Source of the DNA: a virus
DNA: 42,446 bases
Direction: 5' to 3' (one strand)
IMG/VR virus record: IMGVR_UViG_3300045988_059300
Shown one piece after another: positions 8,941-18,273 of the stretch. Every line of letters starts with the position of its first letter. Within the stretch, counting starts at the first letter, position 1. A program made the translations under genes and the position numbers. The notes beneath the pieces were generated by a model. The model worked only from the letters and a program-made list of their open reading frames with translations, was not told the origin of the DNA and did not search any database.

Positions 8941-9154
8941 ACTGAAAAACTGCCCGCATTGCGGCGGAGAAGTAATGCTCTGTAAACTGAATACTATGGT
9001 TTCTGTTGCAGAGTTTTCTATTGTCTGCACAGAGTGCGGCTTGGAAACCAGAATCTATGTAAATCCCATGGCAAACTGTTGCTTTGACATGGGCGAGGCG
9101 GTCAGGATAATTACCGAAAAATGGAACAGGCGCGACGGGGAGGGCGGTGATTGA
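8933..9154 (+). CDS. Lar-family zinc-ribbon protein (second copy)
   Basis: LKNCPHCGGE..IVCTECGLET..EAVRIITEKWNRR. Confidence 0.6.
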   Translation: MIKLKNCPHCGGEVMLCKLNTMVSVAEFSIVCTECGLETRIYVNPMANCCFDMGEAVRIITEKWNRRDGEGGD

Positions 9155-9368
9155 GATGCCGAAGATGGAGCCGCAGGCATTTATCAAAATACTTCACAGC
9201 ACAAAGACAGGACGGTATGGAATGACCTTAAAGGAACTCTTCGTCATTGCCGACCATGCCGAGGACTGGTCAGATACGGCGTTCCTCGCCTTTAACTACG
9301 GCTTTCTGAAAGGCCAGCGCAGCATCAAAAACACCATGAAAAAGAAATCTATGGAGGTATCACAATGA
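9147..9368 (+). CDS. Hypothetical protein
   Basis: Start at GTG 9147 or ATG 9156. 70-73 aa. Confidence 0.5.
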   Translation: MIEMPKMEPQAFIKILHSTKTGRYGMTLKELFVIADHAEDWSDTAFLAFNYGFLKGQRSIKNTMKKKSMEVSQ

Positions 9369-10078
9369 ACGAACTGAGAGTTTTTAATTTCAATGACGCA
9401 GAAGTGGTCGACAGCCGGGATGTGGCTGAGATGACAAACGTTCGCCACGCTGATTTGATCGAAAAAATCACCGGGTACATGAAGCATTTAGCCAACGGAA
9501 ATTTCCGTTCGCTGGACTTCTTCATCCCGAACACTTACAAGGACGCCCAGGACAAGCCCCGCCCCTGCTATCTACTGACTAAGAAGGGCTGCGACATGGT
9601 GGCGAACAAGATGACCGGAGAAAAGGGCGTCCTGTTCACTGCTGCCTACGTCTCCGCCTTTGAGAAGATGCGGGAACATATCCAAGGCGGCAAAACAAAG
9701 CGGCCGGGAATGACCGACTACCAGATGGAGAGCATCCGCGTCCGCAAGGCCCAGCTTTTGGAGCGTCTGGCGAAGGAGTATGACGGTACTTACAGACAGG
9801 TTCTCCAGGCCCACGCTACCAAGGAGCTGACTGGGGAATACCTGCTCCCCCTGCCCTATATCGGGGAAAAGACGTACTCAGCACAGGAGATCGGCGAAAA
9901 ACTGGGCATCTCCGCAAACAAGGTCGGGATGCTCGCCAACCGGAACCACCTGAAAACGAAGCAGTACGGGACATGGGTCAATGACGTTGCCAAGAACTGC
10001 CCCGGAAAGGAAGTCCCGTCCTTCCGATACTACGAAAGCGTTGTTCCGGTTCTGAAAACGATCATCTCCAAACAGTGA
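9365..10078 (+). CDS. Rha-family phage regulatory protein
   Basis: N-terminal ELRVFNFNDAEVVDSRDVAEMTNVRHADLIEKI (pRha-type). Last gene of the + block. Confidence 0.8.
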   Translation: MNELRVFNFNDAEVVDSRDVAEMTNVRHADLIEKITGYMKHLANGNFRSLDFFIPNTYKDAQDKPRPCYLLTKKGCDMVANKMTGEKGVLFTAAYVSAFEKMREHIQGGKTKRPGMTDYQMESIRVRKAQLLERLAKEYDGTYRQVLQAHATKELTGEYLLPLPYIGEKTYSAQEIGEKLGISANKVGMLANRNHLKTKQYGTWVNDVAKNCPGKEVPSFRYYESVVPVLKTIISKQ

Positions 10079-10084
10079 GAAAAG

Positions 10085-10104
10085 GCCCCGCCGTCTGGCG
10101 GGGC
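10085..10104. terminator. Bidirectional stem-loop between convergent genes
   Basis: gccccgcc-gtct-ggcggggc lies between stop 10078 (+) and stop 10110 (-). Confidence 0.7.
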
Positions 10105-10109
10105 TTCTC

Positions 10110-13100
10110 TTATGCGTAGGGGTTATTTTTCTCCCAACTCTTGTTGATGATTGTCCAGAGGTCCGCCTTTTGCTCTTGGGTGAAATTGTGGCTATCCAGA
10201 TAAGCCCTGGCCTCACTTTTGGATTTGTACCCATTCTTGTCCGCATCAATTCCGTTCTTCATATCCGCATACTGTTCGACAGTCAGACCGGCAGCCACTG
10301 CCTGCTTCGTTTTCTCATAAGCCGTCCCAGACATGATCTCGGCGCCGTACTGATGATAGAGGGCCAAGTATTCCGCTGGAGATATTCCAAGATCGTTCTG
10401 CGCTGTCTCTGCGTTGTTTACCCATGCCGGAACACTGTCGGCTCCCAGAATCGTTTTCTTTGCCCGTTGGCTGGCGTAGTCATTACAGAGGTCCAAAAGC
10501 TCCGTCTTGGTAGTATCATTCGCCCTCTTGTATGCGCTGCTGCCCATCATGGAGGACAGCGTAGTCAGTGCGACGGCGCCGCGATCCCGGAGATAGTCCT
10601 GCCGCTCCTCGTAGGTCAAGGACTTGCTATAGGTATTGCCATCTTTTGTGTACGAGAGCTCCGATGGGGCGCTCTTAGAAGGATAGAAGGAGGTCTCCCC
10701 CGTCCGCTCGCGCAGCGCTTCCATGTTTTGAGACACTTCGCTCTGGTCGTAGGTATTGACTCCCACCGGGTTCAGCAGCGCGTTCAGCAGGCGGTCCGCA
10801 GTGCTCCCCTGATACAGCTTTTCCTCCCCCAGTGGGTTGACAGACCCCGGCAGGGTTTCTCGCAAACCCGGGATGCTGTTCTTCACGCTGTCCACAACCT
10901 GCTCTCCGAGCGTATCCCCGGAATAGGTATTGCGGGGTCGGTCATCCAGCCCACGGGCCGTAGACCGCAGAATGTTTGGTATCAGGGAAGAAGCTACCGT
11001 GTTTGCCCCCTCCTGCAGTAATACTTCCTGTGGGTCCTGTCCATATTTGATGATGTCCGTTGCCGCATTCCCAATGAACTGCATCACCGGAAGCTCCGCA
11101 GTTGCATCCATAAAGGATTTCGGCACAGCATTAAAAGAAGAAACGATGGGGTTCCCTTCACTCTTTGCCATCTCCGTTCCCAGGTTCATCAACAGGTTCA
11201 GCGGCTCGATGGAGGACAGGTCGATCAGGGTGTCTCCACTCTGCCATTCCGTGCTTCCACCGGACAAAGCCCGTTCCGTTGCGGAGATATTCAGTTGGGT
11301 TCCCGTGATGCCCTCGCTGGAATTCAGCGCCGCCACGTCCGGATCATCCTCGTCCCCTGCCTGAGACAGAAGCCCCGACTGGGCCAAAAGCATAAATCCG
11401 TAAGCAATGGCGGTTCCGGTGAGGCCCCGGGTAGTGTCAGAGACGGCCCGGGCCTGTGCAGCCGGGTCCACATTCTGACCGCTGACAGCCTGCGCCACGG
11501 TTTTACCCATCTCCACAATACCCTTGACAGCGTTCGCGGGAGAATACTCCAAACCGCGAGATGCCAGATTTCCGGCTACCCGAGTAAACGGCGCCACAAT
11601 GTCACCAGCTCCGAAGGCATGGACTGTACGGCCGCGGATGCTCCGTCCACTGTCACCAATGCCAGCAACCATATTCAGTACATCATGTACCTGCTGGATC
11701 GCAAGAGAAAGTTTGCTGTCATCCTGGAACGTCCGGTATCGTGCAAGTGCGTCAGCTTGGTTCTGTGCATAGTCCTTGTCAGTAGTCTTGATCTTCCCTT
11801 GGTCGACCAGCGCCTGGGTACGGCTCGCATTGCTGCGGGCAAGGCCCTTGTAGAATTCGTCTGTGGCATTCAAAAGGTACGCTTGGTTCCGCTCCAGCAT
11901 AGACATTACACGGTCCACAAAGTTTCCGCTGGCTTTGAAGGTCCGGCGGCTGCTGGTGCCGTACCGGCTCTGATTACCGCCCATGTCTACGTCCATGGTG
12001 ATTTCTGCAATCGCCATTTGCATCGCCTTGGCTGCCTGCCCCAGATTGGAACGTTCATAGGCCACGCTGCGGGTCCCTGTTACTTTGGACAGCGCCATAT
12101 CCAGCAGGGCCGCCCCCTTCATGGAAAGCGCGTCCAGGCCGTAGAAAGACGTGTTTCCGGTGATGTTCTTCACCGCCGTTTTGGGGTTGGACAGCATGTT
12201 CAGGATTTGGATAGTCTTGATCTTCTGACCCATGTTGGCCGGTGTGGAGTCGGTGCTGAGCGCAGAAGTGGAAGCATAGGCGAACTGCTTCAACTGGTCG
12301 AATGTCAGGGAGTCCAAGCTGCTGTTTGCAACCGCGGTCATAATCCGGCTCTGCCGACCAGTTAAGCCATTCAAAACGCCCCGCTGCTGTGCAACGTTCA
12401 GGATAATGTCTTTCAACTGCTGCGGCTCTGCGGCCTGCTCGATCTCCGTATCCCACTTCACAATCCGTTGGAAGGTGCTGCGCTTCTCTTCTTCGGAAAG
12501 ATTGGAGTTTTGCAGATTGTCCCACGCCTCCAGCTCCGAAGATTGTCCGTTCTGGTTGTCCCGGCGGCTCCACTTGGCGTTTGCCTGAACGCCCTGACCA
12601 GTGGCAGTCTCATGCTCCCGCATGATCCGCAGGAAGTCCGTATATTCCTCAGAGGGGATCTCCAGATTTGCGGACCTGCCCTGCAGCTCCTGCTGGATCA
12701 TCCGGGCGGCATCCATCTGGGGCGCATTCCATGCCGTCGCATCATCTAGGGACTGCACCAACTCATGAAAAGCCGTCTCGTCAATGTCTCGCAGGAAGGT
12801 CCGCTGGCCGTCCCGAACGGCGTACACCAGTTCTTCTGCCAGATTGAGAGAACGCCCTTCTGTTTGGCTTTCATACCGGAACAGCTTGGCATAGTCCTCC
12901 CGTGAAAGGCCGGTGGCGGCTTCTTGATATTGATTATACGGCATGGACTCCGCAAGGCGGCTGGTCCTCTCCTGCCCTTCCATGCCGGGGGTGGTGAAGC
13001 CCCGCCGGGCGCTGCCCAGGTTGTCATAGGTTGGCGGTGCCTGTGTGTCTCCGGTTTCCTGCCGGGTATCCCCAAACAGAATTTGCGCCAGAGCGTCCGA

Positions 13101-15059
13101 ATTGACATTTTCCGCGCCGGGTGCTATAGTAGTATTAGAAGCAGGAACTCCTCGGGAGGCCCGCCCGTCTGTCACGGTGTCGACAGTGCCCGGTGTTGTT
13201 CCTGCACCATCCCCCGCGTCTACTACGGTATCGAGGTCACCCGAAAGGGCAGAAGTTCCGTCTGGTGTAGATGCGGGGGATTCGTCATTTCTAAAGATGA
13301 CGTCTCCATTTGCATCCACTACCTCGTGAAGATAGTAGCGGTTGCTGGCGCTGTCCTTCGTGACGATGACACCTAAGTAAGTAGGCTGCCCCCGGTAGGT
13401 AATTGGCGCTGCGAAAGTGTAGGTATCATAGCCGCGCCCTTTCCAGTTCTGTTGATAGTCAATCTGCTGGCCGTTTCGGATTACATCCGGGACGGCCGCA
13501 AATGTCTCGATTTTGGAAGGGCCTGTCCCATGTCCGATCATGCTGGACTTGATTCTCCCCCTGGAGAATAGAACATCACCAAAGCCGGGCCGATTGACCT
13601 TATTCCCAATCGCATTGACAAAAGAGGCAAGCCGATCCACCAGTTTTCCACTTCGGGGGATTTCTGTCCCAGTAACCTCGGCAACCGGATTCATGTTTTG
13701 GATATGCGGAATAGACTGACGTACACGGCTAACAAGCGTTGGCTCCAAAAAGCCTGTAGTGCCCTCTGCAGCCTCCTGTGCCTGGGTGGTGGAAACGGGT
13801 GCAGTTTCCGTTTGCGCCGTTCCTGCGGCATCTGTGGCCCGGCGATTGGCATTTTCGGCGCTCCTGCGGCCAATGCTTCCAGCAGCTCCAAGCGCACCAC
13901 CCAAAGCGCCTCCAATCAGGCCCTGATAAATGGTGTCTGCCAGATAGTCCGGGTCCTGATATTGCTGCAGGGCGGTTTTATCATAGGTGATCCGCTGCAG
14001 CACCGGCTGGACCAATGCTTCCACAACTTCCTCTCCACCTTCGCTTAATGCGGAAAGGACCGTTTGTCCAGCCGCACTCTGGCCCAGGCGTCCGGTTGCT
14101 TTTGTGATAGCATTGTCCAGGACACCGGAACCAAAGGTCCGCCGAAGTGGGGCGGCCACGTTGGCGATCTTCTCTGTCGCTACACTGAGCGCCGCGCTCC
14201 CCGCGCCATAGGCCACCTGCTGCCCCAGCGTCGCCCCCTCCTGCCGGGCCTGCTGCGTCCCGGAGCCAAAGCCACGGACAGCCATTGGAACAAGCGCACT
14301 CCCTCCAGTGAGAGCTGCCAGAAGAGCGTCGCCCGCCAACTGCGTCCCGGCCACACCCACGTCCACCGCGAACTGACCGACACTTCCAAGCCCCTCCTTT
14401 GCCTCCGCGATGTTCTGTGCCGACTGGGCCGCAAGACGGTCCGCCGTATCATACACGGCCTGAGTGGCCCGTGCAATGGGGGCGTGCTGCTTCACAGCTG
14501 CGTCATGGTATCCGGTAGAACGGCTGTCTGCACGGGAGGCAAGCATCTCCAACTGCTGCCGCATGGATGCTGTGATAGGTGTTCCATCATCCAGCGTCCC
14601 ACGCTCCAACATCTCCCGGTAGTGGGCTGCATTCTCTTCCTCCTGGTTGGCCCGCCGGGTGTAGGAGCTGCCAGCAGTATCATAAGAACGCAGCAGGTCC
14701 AGAAAGGTCCCGCCGGTACTCGTAAAGCCCGCCGCCGTTCCCTGTGCAGCGCCTTTGAGCATACTCCCGCCGCGGGACGCCTCCGGTGTGGAGATCACCT
14801 GCCCGGTGGTGCTGTCCACCACTTCGCTGATGTGTCCAGTGTCTCGCATCAGGATATTTAGAAGCGTATCCGGCTTCGTCTTTTCTTCGGCAACTTTCCG
14901 CTGAGATTTTGCCGAGCTGCTGATCTTGCCGGTAATGGTATTCTTTCCGGCCTTTGTTTTCGGCTTGGTCGTAATCGCCTCAACATTCGGACGACTTCTT
15001 ACCGGATCAGGGTCATACGTCAGTGTCTCACCTGTGCTGATCCTTTTAAATGTCGGCAT
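10110..15059 (-). CDS. Large (1649 aa) polyvalent-type virion/ejection protein candidate
   Basis: AAAGAGGTGA RBS. N-terminal helical and Gly-zipper segments (GLIGGALGGALGAAGSIG). Mid domain GHGTGPSKIETFAAVPDVIRNG...YLGVIVTKDSASNRYYLHEVVD resembles nuclease-like modules of phage polyvalent proteins. Confidence 0.6.
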   Translation of the reverse strand: MPTFKRISTGETLTYDPDPVRSRPNVEAITTKPKTKAGKNTITGKISSSAKSQRKVAEEKTKPDTLLNILMRDTGHISEVVDSTTGQVISTPEASRGGSMLKGAAQGTAAGFTSTGGTFLDLLRSYDTAGSSYTRRANQEEENAAHYREMLERGTLDDGTPITASMRQQLEMLASRADSRSTGYHDAAVKQHAPIARATQAVYDTADRLAAQSAQNIAEAKEGLGSVGQFAVDVGVAGTQLAGDALLAALTGGSALVPMAVRGFGSGTQQARQEGATLGQQVAYGAGSAALSVATEKIANVAAPLRRTFGSGVLDNAITKATGRLGQSAAGQTVLSALSEGGEEVVEALVQPVLQRITYDKTALQQYQDPDYLADTIYQGLIGGALGGALGAAGSIGRRSAENANRRATDAAGTAQTETAPVSTTQAQEAAEGTTGFLEPTLVSRVRQSIPHIQNMNPVAEVTGTEIPRSGKLVDRLASFVNAIGNKVNRPGFGDVLFSRGRIKSSMIGHGTGPSKIETFAAVPDVIRNGQQIDYQQNWKGRGYDTYTFAAPITYRGQPTYLGVIVTKDSASNRYYLHEVVDANGDVIFRNDESPASTPDGTSALSGDLDTVVDAGDGAGTTPGTVDTVTDGRASRGVPASNTTIAPGAENVNSDALAQILFGDTRQETGDTQAPPTYDNLGSARRGFTTPGMEGQERTSRLAESMPYNQYQEAATGLSREDYAKLFRYESQTEGRSLNLAEELVYAVRDGQRTFLRDIDETAFHELVQSLDDATAWNAPQMDAARMIQQELQGRSANLEIPSEEYTDFLRIMREHETATGQGVQANAKWSRRDNQNGQSSELEAWDNLQNSNLSEEEKRSTFQRIVKWDTEIEQAAEPQQLKDIILNVAQQRGVLNGLTGRQSRIMTAVANSSLDSLTFDQLKQFAYASTSALSTDSTPANMGQKIKTIQILNMLSNPKTAVKNITGNTSFYGLDALSMKGAALLDMALSKVTGTRSVAYERSNLGQAAKAMQMAIAEITMDVDMGGNQSRYGTSSRRTFKASGNFVDRVMSMLERNQAYLLNATDEFYKGLARSNASRTQALVDQGKIKTTDKDYAQNQADALARYRTFQDDSKLSLAIQQVHDVLNMVAGIGDSGRSIRGRTVHAFGAGDIVAPFTRVAGNLASRGLEYSPANAVKGIVEMGKTVAQAVSGQNVDPAAQARAVSDTTRGLTGTAIAYGFMLLAQSGLLSQAGDEDDPDVAALNSSEGITGTQLNISATERALSGGSTEWQSGDTLIDLSSIEPLNLLMNLGTEMAKSEGNPIVSSFNAVPKSFMDATAELPVMQFIGNAATDIIKYGQDPQEVLLQEGANTVASSLIPNILRSTARGLDDRPRNTYSGDTLGEQVVDSVKNSIPGLRETLPGSVNPLGEEKLYQGSTADRLLNALLNPVGVNTYDQSEVSQNMEALRERTGETSFYPSKSAPSELSYTKDGNTYSKSLTYEERQDYLRDRGAVALTTLSSMMGSSAYKRANDTTKTELLDLCNDYASQRAKKTILGADSVPAWVNNAETAQNDLGISPAEYLALYHQYGAEIMSGTAYEKTKQAVAAGLTVEQYADMKNGIDADKNGYKSKSEARAYLDSHNFTQEQKADLWTIINKSWEKNNPYA

Positions 15060-15071
15060 GGTTTCACCTCT

Positions 15072-16340
15072 TTAATTAGACAACGAAATGTCATATTTGG
15101 CGAACAGATCGGCTAGTTGTTGCTTCTGATAAGCGGACAATTCGCCCCATCTGTTTGTGACATTCCCCAAAGCGGCATTTTCATTACCGGATGCCAGCTG
15201 CGCCGCCAAAGATTTCCCTAGTGCGTTAAATTCGTTTGGAGAGATTCCGCCTCCGCCGAGTTTCCCAGAAGCAACGGCATTTTTGATGGTTGTATCCCGG
15301 TCAGCTTTATGGAGGTTGCCGGAAGAAGATACCGTTCCCTGTTCATTTTCGTTTGACACATCCACATCAGAACTTCTTCCAGAGCTTCCCCGCCCGCCGC
15401 CCGAACCGCCAGTAGACATTGCAGCAAGCCGCATATTCAGCGCGTCGGCTGTGGAAATCCCAGCCTCGTTCAGCGTATTGGTGTCCGGCATCACGCCCGC
15501 CGCCAGCATCGTCATCGCCAGATTATAGGCATATTCCCGGTTCTGTGCCGAAAGGCTGTCCTGATACTCCTGCTGGGAAGCGTCAAACTGCTGCTGCCAC
15601 TGGCTGTTTCCAGCGTTGAACTGCGCTTCCCAGTTGGCCTGCTCCTGGGCAAGCTGTGCCGTCTGCATGGCGGCGTTGTCCTGCCGCACATACTCATTGT
15701 ACAGGGCCTGGGCCATCTGGTAGTTCCCTTCCGCCTGCGCCTGCACTGCCGCGTTGCGGTATTCAATCGCCAGCTGCTGCTGTTGCAGGGCGTTTTCCGC
15801 AATGGCATCGGACTCCTTTGTGGAGATGTCCGTGAGGTTGCTTTGCAGCACAGCGGAGTTTGCAAGAGCCGCCTGCCCGCTGGTTCCGGTGTTCAAGCCT
15901 CGTGCGTTTGCGTACTCATTAAAGGCCATTCGGGCAATATCATTCTGAGATGCCGCTTCATTCCGGGCGCCCTGGTAAATGCCGGGAATTTTCTCCGCGT
16001 CTGCTTGCAGACCTGCCAAATTCTGTTCGTATGCCGATTTCAGAGCCGCCAGCTGTGCGTCCGTGTAGGCTTTGTACATGTCATTCAGGTATCCAGAAAG
16101 GTCCGTGGGCTGGAGAGAGTCATAATAGGAAGAGTCTCCGCCTCCGGAATATCCGCCTCCACCATACCCCTCCTGTTCCCGTTCCTGTCTGTTTTTGACA
16201 TTGATGGCCTTTTTCGCATACCCATTATCATCGTAGGTATATTCATAGTCTCCCTTCGTGACCGTCTGCCCAGCCAGTCCCTCGTTTCTGGACATATCCG
16301 GTCTGGTTTTCCCGCGGATAGACTCCTCTGCAGCTGCCAT
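15072..16340 (-). CDS. Q/A/N-rich, Gly-run protein (422 aa), possible internal virion protein
   Basis: GAGGTGA RBS. GYGGGGYSGGGDSSYY, long Q/A coiled region, GGSGGGRGSSGRS. Confidence 0.75.
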   Translation of the reverse strand: MAAAEESIRGKTRPDMSRNEGLAGQTVTKGDYEYTYDDNGYAKKAINVKNRQEREQEGYGGGGYSGGGDSSYYDSLQPTDLSGYLNDMYKAYTDAQLAALKSAYEQNLAGLQADAEKIPGIYQGARNEAASQNDIARMAFNEYANARGLNTGTSGQAALANSAVLQSNLTDISTKESDAIAENALQQQQLAIEYRNAAVQAQAEGNYQMAQALYNEYVRQDNAAMQTAQLAQEQANWEAQFNAGNSQWQQQFDASQQEYQDSLSAQNREYAYNLAMTMLAAGVMPDTNTLNEAGISTADALNMRLAAMSTGGSGGGRGSSGRSSDVDVSNENEQGTVSSSGNLHKADRDTTIKNAVASGKLGGGGISPNEFNALGKSLAAQLASGNENAALGNVTNRWGELSAYQKQQLADLFAKYDISLSN

Positions 16341-16360
16341 ATCAATTTCACCTCAATTTC

Positions 16361-16425
16361 AAAAAAAATAAGCGCCAAAGCCCGGATCACTCCGAACTCT
16401 GGCGCTGAACGCTCTAGCTTGTTAT
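16361..16425 (-). promoter_or_regulatory. Conserved leader element copy A: 16-nt box + hairpin + U8 tract
   Basis: The - strand reads AUAACAAGCUAGAGCG-UUC-AGCGCCAGAG-UU-CGGA-GUGA-UCCG-GG-CUUUGGCGCU-UAUUUUUUUU. It is homologous to 32709-32776. Confidence 0.75.
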
Positions 16426-16439
16426 CAAGTTGTACAACA

Positions 16440-16468
16440 ATTATACAACAAAAGGGGCCGCTATGCAA
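16440..16468 (-). promoter_or_regulatory. Sigma-70-type promoter candidate (TTGCAT-17-TATAAT)
   Basis: - strand: ttgcat agcggccccttttgttg tataat. The -35 element lies in the loop of the upstream terminator. Confidence 0.5.
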
Positions 16469-16479
16469 GCGGCCCCCTT
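16444..16479 (-). terminator. Intrinsic terminator after the 16492-16935 gene
   Basis: - strand: aagggggccgc-uugcaua-gcggccccuu followed by uuguugu. Confidence 0.7.
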
Positions 16480-16491
16480 GTTTTGTGGGAA

Positions 16492-16935
16492 TTATTCCTG
16501 ATTGAGATGCTCCATGCACATCCGGATCGCTTCCCGCTCCCGGTCATTGGATGCATCCTCCATCATAGCGCCCAGCTGCTCCATCATGGAGTCCTTCGCC
16601 TCACTGCGGGAATAACCGCGGGCACGGGAGTAGCCGTCGCGGCTGTATCCGCCGCGCCCGTCACGGGAGTAGCCGCCGTCCCGGCTGTAGTGGCCCCGGA
16701 CATAGTGCTTGCCACGGTTGGCATAGCTGGAGCCTCTGGCATAGCTGGAAGGAGAGTCCATGTCGGCTGCCTGACTGTAACCGCCCTCCTCTAGCATCAT
16801 GATCTTGTCCACGTTCTTGATGGTATCCGTCAGCTTGTGGACCATCTCCAGGTCCCCGGCGTTCATGTTGCTTTTCTGGGCATATTCCTCCAGCTCCTTG
16901 CAGAGCTTTTCTTTCAGGTCATACAGATATTCCAT
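16492..16935 (-). CDS. Helical protein with central GYSRD/R repeats (147 aa)
   Basis: AAAGGAG RBS 7 nt upstream. GGYSRDGRGGYSRDGYSRARGYSRS sits between two helical ends. Confidence 0.75.
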   Translation of the reverse strand: MEYLYDLKEKLCKELEEYAQKSNMNAGDLEMVHKLTDTIKNVDKIMMLEEGGYSQAADMDSPSSYARGSSYANRGKHYVRGHYSRDGGYSRDGRGGYSRDGYSRARGYSRSEAKDSMMEQLGAMMEDASNDREREAIRMCMEHLNQE

Positions 16936-16948
16936 ATCGGTTCTCCTT

Positions 16949-17371
16949 TCACGCGATGCGCTCAACAATAAAATTACTGTTGGCAACGAGGATGGGCTGT
17001 GTGCTGGTGTTCTTTGCGGCGACAGTGACGCAGCAGCCGCGAGGGACATCTACCACAGCGGAAACATAAATATTGAAGAAATCCTCTGCGGCAGCCGGGG
17101 TGATGGTAGCGGTGGAAGCGTTCAGCGCCTCACCATTGATGGAGATCGCTGCCGTGATGGCCTCCACGGTCCCACCAGTAGGGATAGCAATATTCGCTCC
17201 AAAGGAGACTTTGAATTTCGCGCGGCACTGGTTCGTAAGCCCGCGAAGAGTCACCAGCCCAGCGCCTTCCCGATGCACAATGCAGGGCTTGCCCGTGTTG
17301 GCCTCCTCAGTAAAAGGCACGTTCTGACCAGCGGCAACGGTTACGATTGCGCTGTTGCTGTATTCAGCCAT
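16949..17371 (-). CDS. Small beta-rich protein, C1q/TNF(BclA C-terminal)-like pattern (140 aa)
   Basis: AAAGGA is 9 nt before ATG 17371. VTVAAGQNVPF..IVHREGAGLVTLRG..FKVSFGANIAIP.GG..ISINGEAL. Confidence 0.6.
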   Translation of the reverse strand: MAEYSNSAIVTVAAGQNVPFTEEANTGKPCIVHREGAGLVTLRGLTNQCRAKFKVSFGANIAIPTGGTVEAITAAISINGEALNASTATITPAAAEDFFNIYVSAVVDVPRGCCVTVAAKNTSTQPILVANSNFIVERIA

Positions 17372-17387
17372 AAACTTCATTCCTTTC

Positions 17388-17420
17388 AAAAAGATAGCGG
17401 CGAGGCTGTTGCCCCGCCGC
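17388..17420 (-). terminator. Intrinsic terminator-like hairpin before the 16949-17371 gene
   Basis: - strand: gcggcgggg-caacag-ccucgccgc then uaucuuuuug. The G-U pair works only on the - strand. Confidence 0.55.
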
Positions 17421-17483
17421 ATGGTTCAAAATCGGCACGGGGCCGAACATGTAAGCCTTTCTTACAAGTTGATGTATTGGGTT

Positions 17484-18221
17484 TTAGCAGCCGCAGCCAC
17501 AGGGATTGCAGCCGCATCCGGCATAAGGATTGGGCACCTGATAGGCCGGGACAGGCATGGGATTGATGCGGCGGATCAGCTCGGCAGTCTGCGCTTCCTG
17601 GTTAGCGGTAATAAAAGCATTCTGCGCCGCCTGAGAAGCCTGGAACTTCAGGCTCTGGTTTTCAGCCGTCAGAGTAGCGATCTTGTCCTGGGTCAGGAAG
17701 TCCAGGATCGCGCGGCTGTTGGCATTGGCGTTGTCGATGATGTCGCGGGTGCTGGACTGGATGGTGTTGCGGGTATCGCAAGCCTGGGTAGCCATGTCAT
17801 AGCGGACACCGTCAATGCTCCGCTGAGTATCGCAGCAGCACTGCGCCAGCTGGGCGCCGAGGGCGTTAAAGCCCGCCTGCGTCTGATAGCCCAGGTTGCA
17901 CACAGCGGTATCCACGCCATGGAAGCCGTTGCTCACGGCATCCCGGATGGAGGTCTGGCCGTTCTGGAGACCGTTCAGGGCGAAGCCCTCGTTGATGTCG
18001 GCCCTGGTGGCCCAGCCCTGACCGGAGGGAGAGCCCAGGCCATTGCCGGAGTTACCACCCCAGCCGCCGCCATAGCCGCCCCAGCCGAACATACCAAAGA
18101 TCAAAAACAGGATAATCCAGGAGGCCCAATCGCCGCCCCAGCCGCCGAAACCGCCGTTTCCGCCTTGGTAGGCAGGAGTCACGGGCATGGTCATCACAGC
18201 GCCGTCAGAAGAAAGACTCAT
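17484..18221 (-). CDS. Gly/Trp-rich membrane protein with Cys-rich tail (245 aa)
   Basis: AAAGGAG RBS. GGNGGFGGWGGDWASWIILFLIFGMFGWGGYGGGWGG. C-terminus AGCGCNPCGCGC. Confidence 0.8.
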   Translation of the reverse strand: MSLSSDGAVMTMPVTPAYQGGNGGFGGWGGDWASWIILFLIFGMFGWGGYGGGWGGNSGNGLGSPSGQGWATRADINEGFALNGLQNGQTSIRDAVSNGFHGVDTAVCNLGYQTQAGFNALGAQLAQCCCDTQRSIDGVRYDMATQACDTRNTIQSSTRDIIDNANANSRAILDFLTQDKIATLTAENQSLKFQASQAAQNAFITANQEAQTAELIRRINPMPVPAYQVPNPYAGCGCNPCGCGC

Positions 18222-18273
18222 TGTGTTATCTCCTTTGTAGATTTATTTTCAAAACCCGGCCGGGATTTTGATT

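Noticed and set aside
10170-14861. Several 150-356-aa + strand ORFs (e.g. 11295-12365, 14064-14861)
   Set aside because: All lie antisense within the uninterrupted 1649-aa - strand ORF. They lack RBSs and have Arg/Pro/Cys-rich shadow composition.
10110-15059. Calling the 1649-aa protein a tape-measure protein
   Set aside because: No tail tube, chaperone-frameshift pair, Dit/Tal or sheath genes are adjacent or elsewhere. The gene sits after lysis and contains an enzyme-like module. The tape-measure reading is kept only as the alternative hypothesis.
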